Positions 25,399 to 39,004 of a stretch of 64,000 nucleotides of DNA are shown here, in pieces; position 1 is the stretch's first letter; each line of letters opens with the position of its first letter. The stretch covers positions 7,812,001 through 7,876,000 of the forward strand of contig OZ059898.1 in NCBI GenBank assembly GCA_964057225.1. Direction: 5' to 3'. The DNA comes from Auanema rhodensis. Lineage: Eukaryota > Animalia > Nematoda. A program made the position numbers and the translations under genes. The notes under the pieces were generated by a model. It was given only the letters and a program-made list of their open reading frames with translations. It was not told the origin of the DNA and did not search any database.

Positions 25399-27344
25399 AT
25401 GTTTAAGAAGCTGCTAGGTAGGGTTTTTAAAAAAATGACAAGTTTCCCAGGTCCAATCCGAAAAGAGCCGGTTTGTTTAGAACATCTCGTATCATTGAAA
25501 CCTACCTCTAATTAAAGGTGATTTTTGTCATTGGATGTACTGGCACAGGAAAGAGTGATCTAGCAGTTGCAATTGCCAAGCAATATGGAGGAGAAGTAAT
25601 AAGTGCAGATTCTATGCAAATATATCAAGGTGTGTAGGGGTGATTTTTTTAAATTTCAGCTTTTTTTAGGCTTGGATATTGTAACAAATAAAATCACAGA
25701 AGAAGAAATGCAAGGAGTGCCTCACCATCTAATGAGCTTTGTAAACCCCTCCACATCCAATTTCAATGTTCAGCAGTTTCGAGAAGTGGGCCTTCAGGCC
25801 ATTAAAGTAATTCTTATTTTTCTATAATAATTGTAATGTTTTATTTATATAGGAAATCCAAGAACGAGGAAACATTCCCGTTGTTGCGGGCGGAACGACA
25901 TATTATGTCGAAAGTCTCATGTTTCAGGATAACTTCATTCCCACACAAAGTTGCTTGATTTTTTCAATAGTATAGTTTAATTCAATTACTTTCAGTGACA
26001 CAAGATCATAGCAATGACTTGAAAGTCTTATCAAAAATGTCGAATACAGCACTCTATTCATTACTTAAAGAAGTATGTTATTTAATTTAATACATGATAC
26101 ATATTATAATTTAGATTGATTCGAAGTCTGCAGAATCTTTACATCCTAATAATCGTGCTCGAGTATTGCGCGCCATTGAAATTTTTAAACTTACTGGCAA
26201 ACGAAAGAGTGATTTTGTAAAAGATCAAAAGCAGAATGATGGAGTGAAAGTTCGATTTCAGGATACTCTCGTATGTTCACTTTTTTTACTTGAATTATTT
26301 TGAAAACTGTTTTAGGTGATCTCTTTAGATGCTTCCTTAGGTGTATTAGATGACAGATTAAATAAACGGGTAGAAAAAATGAAATATAATGGCTTGAAAC
26401 AAGAAATTTGTTTATTTTATGAAAAGGTATGACTTTCTTCTAGGTTCACTCAAATACTATTTTTATGATAGCCAAAAGTTTAATCTCAGCACCGTTTACT
26501 GTATAATTGTAGAACAAGAAACAGCTGGAATCTATGGAGTACGGTATAATGCAGTGTATTGGCCTCAAAGAATTTATACCTTTCTTACAATTGGATACAA
26601 GACAAAGAAATTCCAAAGTTGGAGACGCCTTATTGGAGACAGGGTAAGTAGTTTCTACGTACAGTTACAACTTTTTTCCTAATCCAGATGCGAACAAGTA
26701 AAGCTTCATACTCGTCAATATTCGAGAAAACAGCGTTCCTGGGTACGATCTCGTCTAATAAGCAGACAGAGTTATAATAGAGAGGTTCACTATTTTTGAA
26801 TCTTATTTAAAAAGGAGTTTAATCGTTTAGACTTTCTCGTTTACTTGGCTAGATACATCAAATAAAGATACATTCATTGCCGAAGGTTTAAGTCACGTTG
26901 AGAAGTGGATGAATGGCGAAGCTTTCAATGAGACTGTAAATTGATCTGCACGAGTTTTTATAAGATATATTCTTTCAGAATGAAACAGTTGGAGAAAGTA
27001 CCGATGATTCGAATATGACAATTAATTGTGAGGAATGCGACATTCTTATCAGTGGGAAAAACAACTGGTATGTCTGTAAATGACGCAAGATACTCGATCT
27101 TATCTCAGTGTTTATTCAATTCATTTGGAAGTTTGAAGTGTTAACAGTGACCTTTATATTCAGGGAAAAGCATGTTGCTGGAAAACGACACAAAATGAGG
27201 TTGCGTCAGATACAAAAAATAAATGAGAATTCTGAACAAAACAGCTCCTTAAAACGTTCTGCACCTTCAACAAGTTCGGAAGGTAGCGAAACTGTTTCTT
27301 CGAAAAAAGTTAAAGACAACGAGGATGTTTATTCAAATATCTAA
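25399..27344 (+). CDS. gro-1: tRNA isopentenyltransferase (TRIT1/MOD5); two in-frame ATGs (25399, 25435)
   Basis: [61 protein letters not shown] and a C-terminal zinc finger (CEEC...H...KRH). Confidence 0.92.
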
Positions 27345-27933
27345 TAAAGCATTTGCTTACTATAATCTTATTTTTATCATTAGCGTTTTATGAGCGCAAT
27401 GCCTTTATACCTGTCTGTTTTTATTTCCAGCTTTGAACTGTCATCGCATTGTTCCTGATGCTTTGTTTGCTTTTCATCGTTGTTTCTTTCTGCTTTTCTT
27501 GAGTTCTTGAACATTTTTGGTGTTTCAGAATTGTCTTCATGAATATAGATATATGTGTATATATAAATATCTCCGGATGTTTGACGTGCTGATAGTCTAA
27601 CTTAGCCATGTCTTTGCGTGTGATTGAGTGATCATTATTTGTCAACTCCGAAAGTGTTCCGGTTTTAACTAAAGGAATGAGGTGCGACAGCTATTCCCCA
27701 AACAAATGACGAAGTCATGACGAGGCTAGGTTGAAGCTGCCACCAATGATTAGCTTGACTCCTGTCTAACTGGCGACAGGCGAAGACCGAAGAAGAGAAA
27801 GAACGAGCGGTTAACGAAAGTAGATGGAGTCAGAGCACAGTGGCTGGAAAATAGATAGGTAGGCACGAAATTCGGCAAGGGATAGTGTGTACCTAGTGAA
27901 TTAGAAGTTCCGTCTACGCCCCTGACTCAAACG

Positions 27934-30900
27934 ATGGTGGAAGGAGCGCGTGTGCGGCTGGTTGAATCCTTTACTGGACAAAAAGGAGGCAGAAATGAAT
28001 TCCAAGCAAGGTAAGTTATAGAAAAGAAACTGTTAATTACTGTTTCTTAATTTGAACTATTTTTAAACTCGAATCCTTATAATAGGGATCAACGTCGTAG
28101 AAGTCAGGGCAGTGATGAAGTTGTAATGAACTTTGTTACAGATGATCGAATTCATCAGGTTTGTAAATTTTATCTCAAACTTTTTTTTGCGTTTTTCTAT
28201 ATCTTCTGTAGTACTATTATTGAGAACCTAAGTATTCCTGCTAGAAATTTTCAAAATATTCATGTTTGATATTTTGTTCTTAATCATTTTCAATTCTGTC
28301 TGTTGAGTTAATCTCCAGAGGATTACTTGTTATTGTGTTTTTAAGCTGAGCATAGAGAAACATTAATCAAAGGAAAAAAGATGAAGAGAGAGTCCTGTAT
28401 ATTTATCGCACTTAATATTATGTACACAGCAGTTTTAGTGCCCTATCATACAAGAGTGAACAAGTTGCTGAAGATCCTGTACCTAGGAATACAATTTCAC
28501 TCCTATTTGTTCTTCTAGTAGAGAGCGTTTTACGTGAAGGAGTCGGCCGATTCATTTTTCTCATTTACTCCTCCCTTCTTTCTTTCCAATGCTTGCCGAA
28601 TTTCGTTCGTTTCTTCTTTTACTTAGAGGAAGACTTGCTCACCATCTGTGTCATTGTTAATCTATAGGCCAGCCTGAGTTGGACTTGAGCAAACATATAT
28701 TTGTCGCAACAGTACCTGCAATCCCGACACTACGAGACTTTAGTGTTGTGAAAACAAATGTTTAGTATAACAAAGTAAATGCATAGTGAAACATGCAAAA
28801 ACTCATCTAACTTCATGGCTCAAAGTTGCGAATTTAGTAGTATTAAGATAGATCTATCATTAGTACGCTATAGTATAAGAAATATACTTAGGCTTTACAT
28901 TTGAAAAAAATGTATGGTTTGTCTAGCTATTTCATTTTTTAATTATACAATCATCGTAATATAGCTGTTTTTTCAACCTTTTTTTCAAACGTAATTGTTT
29001 AACGTGTTATAATTAATGAAATGGTACAAAAAAATGAGAAGTTCAGATAATTATTGTATGTTTAATTAACCCTTGCTGTTGACTACATAATTGGCACTTG
29101 AACTATTTCAGAACATTAAATGAGAGAAAGCATAACATTGCACTTTAGTATATGTGATTGTTGATGAGGTTCTCGGGAGTTATGCAATGATAGAGGTTCT
29201 TAGATGGTTCAAAGCGTTTGCCTCATGTGCTTGGGCCCGTTATCCCGTCGTCCTATTTGCATGCTGAGATCGATTGCCCGTGTGCTAGCAGTGGCTGGTG
29301 TGCGCTAGTGGTACTAGTTGGGGTGAACAGATATTGAAAAAGGAGCTTTCTTTTTCAATTTTTGGTGTTTCTGTATTACTCGATAAAAACTATTCTTTCA
29401 ATATTGAAAAAATGATTACTATTTTTAATTAATAAGCGTATATATATATATTGTTTATCATATACCTACAAAAGCATTTTTGCTATATTGCTTTCTAATA
29501 GTGAGTTTTGGTAAAATCTTTTGTGTAGCTGGCCCATCTACTCGTTAATAGGTTTTCATTTATTCTCCAGTTTATTAGCTATTCCTCTTACCTTCATCGA
29601 CCCTTCACGTGTCTGTACCTCTTGCTGTGTCTTATCTCTTGTTTTACTTCTCATTGAAGATGCGCTATGCCTGCTCATCGCCGCAGATGCGTCAGGGCAG
29701 GCGTCACATCCAGTTTGTGATAGAGGTGCTTCGTTATTATAAGAAGAATCTCTGATCTCTCTAACTCGTCCGTTTTCTTTTCATTCTTATCTCTCTGTGT
29801 TCTACAGTCGACAACATTTCTGCCGCTCCTCCAGTTCTTATGTTGGATTAATCTGGAGAGCATGGAACCTGCACTCAAGCCTTCTTTTCGTTCACGCCGC
29901 CAAATCAGCATTTTGCTTTATTACTATTTCTTCCTTTTTAACTCATTTTCTACCTGTTTTATTTCAAAATCTTATATCTTATGGGTAAATTTCGATAGAT
30001 CTTGTCCTCGAATATTTTTTTTCGATCTATTGTGACTATTGAATGCTTTTCGAATATCATTATTTTGGAACACCTGCTCAAATAAGCAGAGCCTCATTAT
30101 CCTATGCTACACATTAGTGATTTTGTTTCATTTGTGACCAAAGTGAATCTATGGCCTTAAAACGCATTAACTTTTTCCGCTTTGTAAGTAACGAAGAGTG
30201 TTATTTCTTTTTGAAGCTTTATATATAAATTTTAAAAATACTATTGGTTCTAGGAACAGCGTGATTATTCCTCTTCACATCGTCAGGATCACTACGAGGA
30301 AGAGGAAGATCACTACGTAGAAGAGAGAGAAGAGCGTGCTTATAGAAGTAGCTTCGGCGGCGGACGCGGACAATATTCTTCAAGCCAATGTATTAATTTC
30401 TTTATTCTTCGATTTTTTACTGTACCTCTTTAAGCTCATAATCAGCAACAACATCATCAACAACAGCAGCATCAACATCACCAGCATCATCTTTCTCACA
30501 ACGAAATGGCAGTGGATTATTCCTCTCAAGACTTCAGACAATCTTTAGCTGCAATTGATGCAGCTTCTCGAGATGGTGTTTCATCCAGAGGTGAAAATGT
30601 TCGAATCAGACAGCATGGGGATACCACAATTATGACGGAGCATCGCGATCCTTATTCTTTCTATTGGCAATTAGATCAGGTTTGCTAAAATATTCAAAAT
30701 AATGTTACTATTACTAAGTTATCAGAATCGGAGAGAAACTGAATCTCCCCCACGTCGTCCACCACCAACAGACTATGTAATCGACGAAGAAGAAGTAATA
30801 GTGATTTTCATTAATTTCTGAACAAAATATTCGTTTTAGCAAGTGGTGGATACAGTTTTATCACCTGAATCTGGTGATTCCGGGATAGTATTTGAAAGTC

Positions 30901-33384
30901 AATATAGTCGGCCTCAACGAACACATTCTTTACCTCCACCGCCTATGCCAATGGAAGACGATAAAGACCTGCCTCCAGGCTGGGAAAAGCATCAGGGTGC
31001 GTACTTAACTTATTTATTGTTTTGATTTCATCTGTATAATTGAATATGCTTCCAGACCCCACCGGATTTTCTTATTATTGGCATGTTGATAGCGGAACAA
31101 TTCAAAGAGAGCCTCCAGTTAGTTTTTTTTATGTTATGTTTTACTTAGTATTTCAATGTTTAAAACACTATTTTTTGTTTGAACATTTTGCATGCTTTTT
31201 TATTATTTTCCTTTGTGTGTTTTTATCGAATTTCTAACAGATCAGATATACCTGTATGATGATTTGAAATTTCATATATTGATAGTTTTTCCACGCTTTT
31301 AACTAACCAGAGTGTTCTAGCGAGCAGCAACTCCACCGCGTAGCCCCTCACCACCTTCTGCCCCAATATACAGAAAAGCAGTTTATGTAAGTATACAGTG
31401 CAGTCCATATTTATTTATGAGTTCCTTAACTATGTGATAATTTATTTTTTCCATAACAATGTTACAAAAGTATATTCTCATTATGTTTTTTAGAGCCAAT
31501 CTACACAGGCAGACGCTCCTGAAATACCACAGCCACAGATTATTCAACTTCCCCCACAACAAGTAAAATAAGATGATGTCGCTTAATTTAATTTTTTTTT
31601 ACATTCAGCCTGTGATCGAAGAACATGCCTTTAAACAGACAACAACGAAAAGAAGAATAGAGAATGAAGAAGAAAGTGATGGCGAAATGGAATATGGCTT
31701 TGGGAAGGTTCGATAACAGATTTTGTTTTAATACCACAATCTGTACTTATAGCCTATTCGATTTGCCGTTCGCTCATTAGGATGGACAGAGATAGGTGAA
31801 GAAGATCTTACTGCTGAAAAGAGTTCGCGAGCTGTCAACAGGCAAGTACTTTCATAACCTAATTTGCAATTTTTGTTGTAATTTGATTATTGTTTGATTT
31901 GAATTAAATTTTGCGCAACAATTTCTGAAAACTAAATTTGTTTATTATATCAAATTAAATGTTGTTACAAACTTATTAAATTCTATAACTGAAATCATCT
32001 AGTTAGAGAATTTGGAATTTTTTTTTCTTTTTCAGAGCTATAGTTGATTTATCAACAGGCCGAAATGATTTGATGGATAATATAAGTAAATGGGGCGATG
32101 TAAGTGTTATTTCAGAAATATTTTTTTATTCAAGCTTTGAAGGGAAGGGAATTGATCATGGAATTGGATGATAATGAACTTTCTCTTATTGATCCTGACA
32201 CTATGACTGTGATTCATGCTGAAAGAATTCAACAAATTAGAGTTTGGGGAGTAGGAAGAGACAACGGAAGGTTTGTATTTTGATGTTGTTAATATTTTAC
32301 TAACATTTCTTTTTAATTGTTTTCTACAGAGATCGGTGAGTTTGTGAGATGTTGTGATGTTAAATATTTGTATTTTATAAATTTGGTATTTCTAGTTTTT
32401 ATACTATTATTTAATTTTTCAGAGATTTTGCTTACGTTGCACGAGATAGAGGGTCTCGTCGATTTATGTGTCATGTTTTCCGTTGTGATACTCCTGCTAA
32501 AACTATCGCCAATGCTCTGCGGTATTTTTATTTTTATCTTTTTATTTAAAATTTGTTATTTATAGAGATATTTGCAAGAAACTTATGCTACATAGACGGC
32601 CAAGCTCTTTGACTGCTACTGAAGTACCTGAAAGAAGAATGGTTCGTGGTAAGAATTTTGTATATTCAAGTGGTAGCTAGTAGTTGTCTTTTCAGCGTCT
32701 GAAAGCGTTGTTACCAATGATGAACCTAAAAAAGTTATTCGTTGTCATTTTCTGGGTGTTACTCAAGTACCCAAAGCAACAGGAATTGAGATCTTGAATG
32801 AAGCCGTTGATCGACTGGTGTCACAGGTTCGCCCTGAACGTTGGATTCTTTCTGATGTAGCCATTGCTCCATCAACTATATCAATCAACGAAGTTAATGG
32901 AAGTCAAATTGCGCAGTGTCGTGTGAGATATCTCTCTTTTCTCGGAATCGGCCGTGATATCAAGTATTTTTTAAATCCCATGTTCAGATCTTAATCTCTT
33001 TATATAGGCATTGTGCTTTCATTATGCATACATCGTCTGAAAATTATATGTGTTACGTCTTCCATGTGGAACCTTCTGCAGCCAGTATGGCAAAAACTAT
33101 CGAAGCTGCTTGTAAACTTCGATATCAAAAAGTTCTAGATGCTCATGCTGGTCGCAGTCATCCACCATCGCTAATGGGCAAGGTTTTTTTATTTTATCCT
33201 ATTGCTTCTATTTTAACACTTCATTTACTAATATATATGTGTGTATAGTTCATGGTTAAATGAACTGCCATCAAGCACTTTCCTTATTATGATTGTTTTT
33301 TAGGGATGGACTGATTCGATCAAGGATGCTTTTGGAACAGTTACGCAGAAGTTGACGTCGTCTCGGTCGCTGTATAATTTTTGA
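27934..33384 (+). CDS. feh-1: Fe65/APBB homolog (WW + 2 PTB domains; multi-exon)
   Basis: [33 protein letters not shown]; PTB1 RFAVRSLGW...[20 protein letters not shown]...CHVFRCD; PTB2 [14 protein letters not shown]...[12 protein letters not shown]; stop TGA 33382-33384. Confidence 0.92.
32330..32335 (+). other. feh-1: 6-nt microexon (AGATCG) in feh-1 PTB1
   Basis: TACTAAC branch point (32298-32304), ttttctacag acceptor, gtgagt donor; phase 2-2, turns GRDF into GRDRDF. Confidence 0.75.
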
Positions 33385-33757
33385 GAAATAATTTTGTACG
33401 ATTTTATTCAGTTTTTAATGTGCTAATCATAATGTGTACTATATTAGACGAAAAAAAGCACATTGATTTTATGTTCTAGATGCTATATGCCTTACAAATG
33501 ATTGCTGCTCATGATTTATACTGCCTTTATACAGACAATTTTTATTGTAGCTATTGACTGCACTAAATGATTTTAAATAATTATATCTATGTCGTCTCAC
33601 TTAGACATCTTTCACTAGCCGTGTAAAGAAATGTTATGAATGAATATTTGAAAAATTAGTTTTTTTTATATGTGTTGTTGAATAGTTCATTATTACGATC
33701 TGATAATATCTCTATTTAATTCTGCTCATGATATAACTCATTATAAAGTATAGAATT

Positions 33758-36557
33758 ATGGGTTTGTCGGGAGGACCCGGATATCCTCAGGGGCATCAAA
33801 ATGTTCCTCCACAACATGGACAACAACAGCCCGGGCAGGTAGAGACGGTTATACTTGACAAGGAGTATTCTATGGTTTTTAGATGATTTATATGCAACAA
33901 GGAATGGCACCACATGGAATGCAGCAAGGTATGCAACAGAACATGGTACAACAAGGCATGGGACAACCAGGAATGGGCCAAGATGTACAGCAAGGAATGC
34001 AAATGCAAATGCCAATGCATTATCAACATCAGCAACATATGAACATGGGCTCGGGGCAGGTAATGGGCCAACCTGGTCCTCAGATGTCTCAAGTTAATCA
34101 GCAGCACCCTTCTCAAATGTCAAGAATGGTTCAAGGGCAATCCCAAGGTAAACAAAACATTTTAAGCATTCATTTTACCTTGTTTAAGGAGGAATAGGAA
34201 TGCAGCAACAATTGGGAGGACCTCATTCCCAACAAGCCCAAATGGGTGGTCCCCACTCTCAACAGTCTCAAATGGGAGGACCTCACTCTCAACAACAAAT
34301 GGCTGGACCACATTCACAGCAAATGGGAGGACCTCACTCTCAACAACAAATGGGTGGACCACATTCTCAACAGTCTATGGGTGGACCTCATTCTCAGCAG
34401 CAAATGGGTGGACCACATTCTCAACAACAGCAACTAGGGGGACCCCATTCACAGCAGCAAATGGGGGGGCCTCACCCTCAGCAGCAGCAGTTGGGTGGAT
34501 CTCACCCTCAACAACAACAAATGGGCGGACCTCACTCACAGCCGCAGCAAATGGGTGGGCCTCACTCACAGCAGCAAATGGGTGGACCTCATGCTCAACA
34601 ACAAATGGGTGGACCTCATTCACAACAGCAAATGGGTGGACCCCACTCACAGCAAATGGGCGGACCTAGATCTATGCAAGGGCATGCAAGTCATATGGGA
34701 ATATCTGGTCCACATAGCCAGCAACATATGCAACATGTTCCGAATTCACAACAATCCGCTCAATCTCAACAACCTCAAGGAATGGTTGGCCCTATGTCTA
34801 TGCAGAATCAACAAGGCCCGACCGTTGGTTCAATGTCCGTACAATCTCAGTCTGGCTCTCTATCTCATGGAGGGCCTATAGGGCACGGGGGGTCTATGAC
34901 TGTACAACAACAACAACAACAGAGTCAACAACAAAATCAAGGACCGGGGCAACAGCAGTATGTAATGTCTTCACAGGTAGGGCACATGTCATTACCCGGA
35001 CAACCAATGAGACATTCTTCTTCCCTCCAGCATCATGGCGGAACCATCTCAGTTCAGCAGCAACAAACTGGGCCAATGTCAGTACCACAGCAACAACAAC
35101 CTGGATCTATGTCAGGCCCTGGAGGTTCAATGCCTGCCCAGGGCCAAGGGGGTCCAATGTCAGTTCCACAGCAAGGTGGATCAATGTCAATTCAGAACCA
35201 AGGAACATCACTCCCTATGCATCAGCAAGGAGGATCAATGCAAGTTCCGAACCAAGGACCCTTATCTGTTCCTCAACAAGGTGGACCTATGTCAGTTCAA
35301 AATCCTGGAGGACCTATGTCTGTACAAAATCAGGGTACTCCTATGTCAGTTCAAAATCAAGGGGGACCCATGTCCGTTCAAAATCAGGCAGGATCTATGC
35401 TAATTACAAATCAAGGAGGGCCATTGTCCGTTCAGAATCAAGGAGGGCCAATGTCTGTTCAAAATCAGGGAACACCCATGTCAGTTCAAAATCAAGGAGG
35501 GCCAATGTCTGTTCAAAATCAAGGAACCCCAATGTCAGTTCAAAATCAAGGAGGGCCGATGTCTGTACAAAACCAAGGTGGTCCAATGTCGGTTCAAAAT
35601 CAAAGCGGTCCTATGTCTGTTCCTCAGCAGGGACCATTGTCTGTTCCCCAACAAGGTGGTCCTATGTCTGTTCAAAATCAGGGTACACCGTTGTCTATGC
35701 AACAGCAAGGTGGACCTATGTCGGTTCAACAAGGTAAGTGAAAGCTTAAATCATCTGTAGCTCATCCGTATTTGTAGGTCTTGGACCTCAATCTAATCAA
35801 CCATCATCTCAATCTACTGGTGGACCTATGTCAGTTCAGCCTGTGACTCCTCATAATCCACCAAGTCAATCGTCTTCTCAGATGCTGCAAACACAAGGCC
35901 CACATGTTTGTTTGTTTATTTTTTTATTATACGAAAAAATACAATTTTAGCCACCACCTCCTCTAGCGGCAACTCTTCCCCATGCTGCTGATCCGCTCCA
36001 TCTCACAAAAACACTTATTTTGAAAGATCTCCGTCATGCCATTCTTGTAAATTCTTGTTACTTCTATATACTGTATCTTATGAATTATAGACATTAAACA
36101 CCTGTGCTGGAGCCACATTACGAGAGAGAAAAGCCGGTGATGTTGATGTTAATACAGCTCATAAATACCGTAAAGCCATGGATACATTTCAAGCCGTATG
36201 TGACGATATAGAAATGAATTTAGTAATTAATTTCTTGTTGAACTAGAAAATTGTGTATATTTCAGTCCTTAGTTCTCGAAACTCAGAAGCAGCTTCAAAA
36301 ATTCGAAAAGATATTTGAAAAACCCTCGGAAAATCAGAGGCCTGGCCAATCTGATTATGTTCATCATAGTGCTGCAGTAACTACCTATGTAGAGCAAGCA
36401 AAAACAGTAAGGCTCTTTCACTTTTGATAATGTGGTAACCATTTTATCGTAGACTCAAAGAACTTTCGATAGAGCATTGGCTCATATCCAGAAAACACGG
36501 GAAAGTGTTCACGCACGGGAAAATACTGATCCGGATACTATGATGATGGACACATAA
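33758..36557 (+). CDS. mdt-29: Mediator subunit 29 with a very long Q/G/P/M/S-rich repetitive N-terminus
   Basis: C-terminal Med29-like helices DPLHLTKTLILKDLR...KYRKAMDTFQAVCDDIEMNLSLVLETQKQ; stop TAA 36555-36557. Confidence 0.8.
34215..34673 (+). repeat. Coding tandem repeat, ~16 x GGPHSQQQM
   Basis: Read from ORF 34200-35741; 24-30 bp units with synonymous variation. Confidence 0.9.
35148..35732 (+). repeat. Coding tandem repeat, ~22 x GGPMSVQNQ
   Basis: Read from ORF 34200-35741; mostly 27-bp units. Confidence 0.9.
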
Positions 36558-36660
36558 TTATCAATCCGATTTTAAAATTTATTACTGTTTTAATGTTGAA
36601 TAAGTTATTAACATATAAAGCTGAGTTTATAACCCGTATTATTTATTTGTACAAGACTAG

Positions 36661-37986
36661 TTAGCTTAACCATTCCTCATCGATTGCAATATCTTCTGTG
36701 ATATGTCGTATCATACGAGATGATCCAAAGAAATCAGTAGCACGAACTCGCTTCGGGTCTTTTGGATATGTTTCAGTTTTAACCCCTGAAATATAAATAA
36801 TTATTAGTGAATATAAAACAGTATAAACTAACCGACAGTACTTAAGCAATGTTTAGGTGGACAAGAATCCAAATATTCTTGCATTGTAGCTGTAGAGTTT
36901 AAGCTTTGAGCTTTTTTTTTGAGAAAATCAATTGTAAAATGTGTATATCTGTATTTATACAAGATTGTTTAATTTTACGTTAATGACTTACCTATCAATA
37001 ACATAAACTCCAATTTCTGGATCGACATCGTAAGAATAACTTTCTTCATGAGTAAGACTGCTACTTGTTGATAACACATTTGGAGAATTCACCCATTCAT
37101 ACATGGAAGCACTTCGACAAGTATCAGCAATGAGAAGTAATTCATGATATCTTAATTTGAAGCATATATTCAAATTGCAAAGCAAATTTGAAACATACCT
37201 ATTATCCTCAAACATGGTTTGAATTGCGTAGGCAAGTTCAACATTAGTTAATTCCTCAGCATCTTGAAATTTTAGAAAACTATCACCGCCATGACCCGTT
37301 AAATATACCTTGAAATGAAATAATAAGACTTGTTTAAACAATACGGAACATACCAATACATTGCTCTGATGATCAGTTAATAATCTTTTTGTTCGAGCAG
37401 TTGAAGCGTAATGCCGTCCAGTTAAAACTCTTATGAAGTTTTCAACCTAACGATCGATGTTACTGATACGAATTTATATTCAAACGTACTGTAACATCTT
37501 CTCCGCGATAGTCAACTTGGACATCTCCACCATATAAATTATTACCAGCTCTTGCAGCGTATACTGTCCCTGAATACAAGGCCGCATATTGGCATAACAA
37601 ATTGGAAATAGAATAATACCTGGACGAGGGTTTCGAGGATTACAAGGCACGTCTTCAGCCAACATCATTATGATGTTACTAAATTTATAATGCACAACTA
37701 GCAAAATAAACTATTCTGATACCTGTCAGGTATTCCTAATCTTTTAACAGTATGATACAAAGCCAAAACATTTGACACATGACGGTAATTGAACCAGAAT
37801 CTAAACATCTCCGAAAACCGTGAATAGCGATAAGCTTCATAAATACCTCGATGTACAAACTAACACTGCCCAATTATTAGTATGGCCAGGAGTATCGAAA
37901 AGTTCTTCAATTCTTAACTGAACACCCGTATTAAGAATAGCATCAACACATGTAAGTGAAATTAAAATTACGGCAACTAGTTTCAT
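36661..37986 (-). CDS. pigk-1: GPI-anchor transamidase catalytic subunit PIG-K/GPI8 (no C-terminal TM)
   Basis: Signal peptide, HTNNWAVLVCTSRFWFNYRH, CNPRNPRPG, catalytic YLTGHGG and ADTC motifs. Confidence 0.92.
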
Positions 37987-38204
37987 TCTATAAACTTTTT
38001 ACTTTTGTGGCAGAGAATTTTCTTGGCTAGTATTCATGGAATTAACCTGTTGAGTAGAATAAAATATACGGACAAAATATTTATTTTTGAAAGGTGGATG
38101 AACACTTATAAAATAGGAAAAACAGGATGAGATGAGATCAGAGTCCTGATACTCGAACAACTCAACAACGTGTAACATAGAGCACAACACATAATTGGAA
38201 CTAT

Positions 38205-38607
38205 TTAACTGTTTTGAGCCTGAAAAATAAAATTAAATAAATAAAAATAAATGACAATTACAGAGTGAATCAGAGTGATATTGTCACCCTTAAGGAGAAT
38301 GCGTCCAAGTTTCTTAGTGCTCTTAGTTTTGAGGTTCATTTCCTCTGCTTCATCAAGTACAATATTCATGTACTCATCGAATCCTGAATGCCAGAAAAAA
38401 TGTCAATTAATAATTACAACATACCCATAATGTATCCTTCGATGCGATGATTTACATCCTCATAAAGCCAAATCATGACTCTAGTTCTATTTTGAAGATA
38501 TCTAAAGAGCAATGCATAATATAGTGTAAGATAGAAAATAATTGCCTGAAGATAAGATTGATGGGTTGAACCATCACCTTCTGCATTTTTCTCGCGGCAG
38601 CAGACAT
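38205..38607 (-). CDS. snr-6: Small nuclear ribonucleoprotein Sm E
   Basis: [18 protein letters not shown]...[21 protein letters not shown]...[13 protein letters not shown]. Confidence 0.95.
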
Positions 38608-39004
38608 GTTTGTTTCCTAGATTTACTTATAATATACATTCAATTTGAAAGATATACCACAAATATAATTTCATATAGCAAGACTAATTTGAATCTATTT
38701 TGTTAACTTGAATTTAAAAGGCTAATATAAAAATAAAAAAACACATGAAATCCAGTTGAAAAAAAGCAGCACAACATTACGAATTTAAAATTGACCATGA
38801 TGTTAGCGCAATGCTTTTTACTGACGCACATATAGTGCAAGCGTTCTTGTTGGCGTGTATTTCAAACAGGAGAGGTAGCTTTATAATAAGTTGTAGTATG
38901 ATGATACTGTCTTACATATAGAAGAAATCAACGATTTCTCTTCCCTTTTCTTATATATATCTAAAAAATTATTTTTAGTTTCTTTAATTAACCTAAGTTT
39001 CAGG

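Larger units (their letters stand above)
17235..27344 (+). other. Probable five-gene trans-spliced operon gop-1/gop-2/gop-3/hap-1/gro-1
   Basis: Same-strand genes with 150-280 bp stop-to-start gaps and AG acceptor-like sites close to the ATGs; same order as the C. elegans gro-1 operon (recalled). Confidence 0.8.

Noticed and set aside
34215-35732. Regular ~27-bp repeats superficially like a CRISPR array
   Set aside because: In-frame coding repeats without unique spacers, in eukaryotic DNA with no cas genes.
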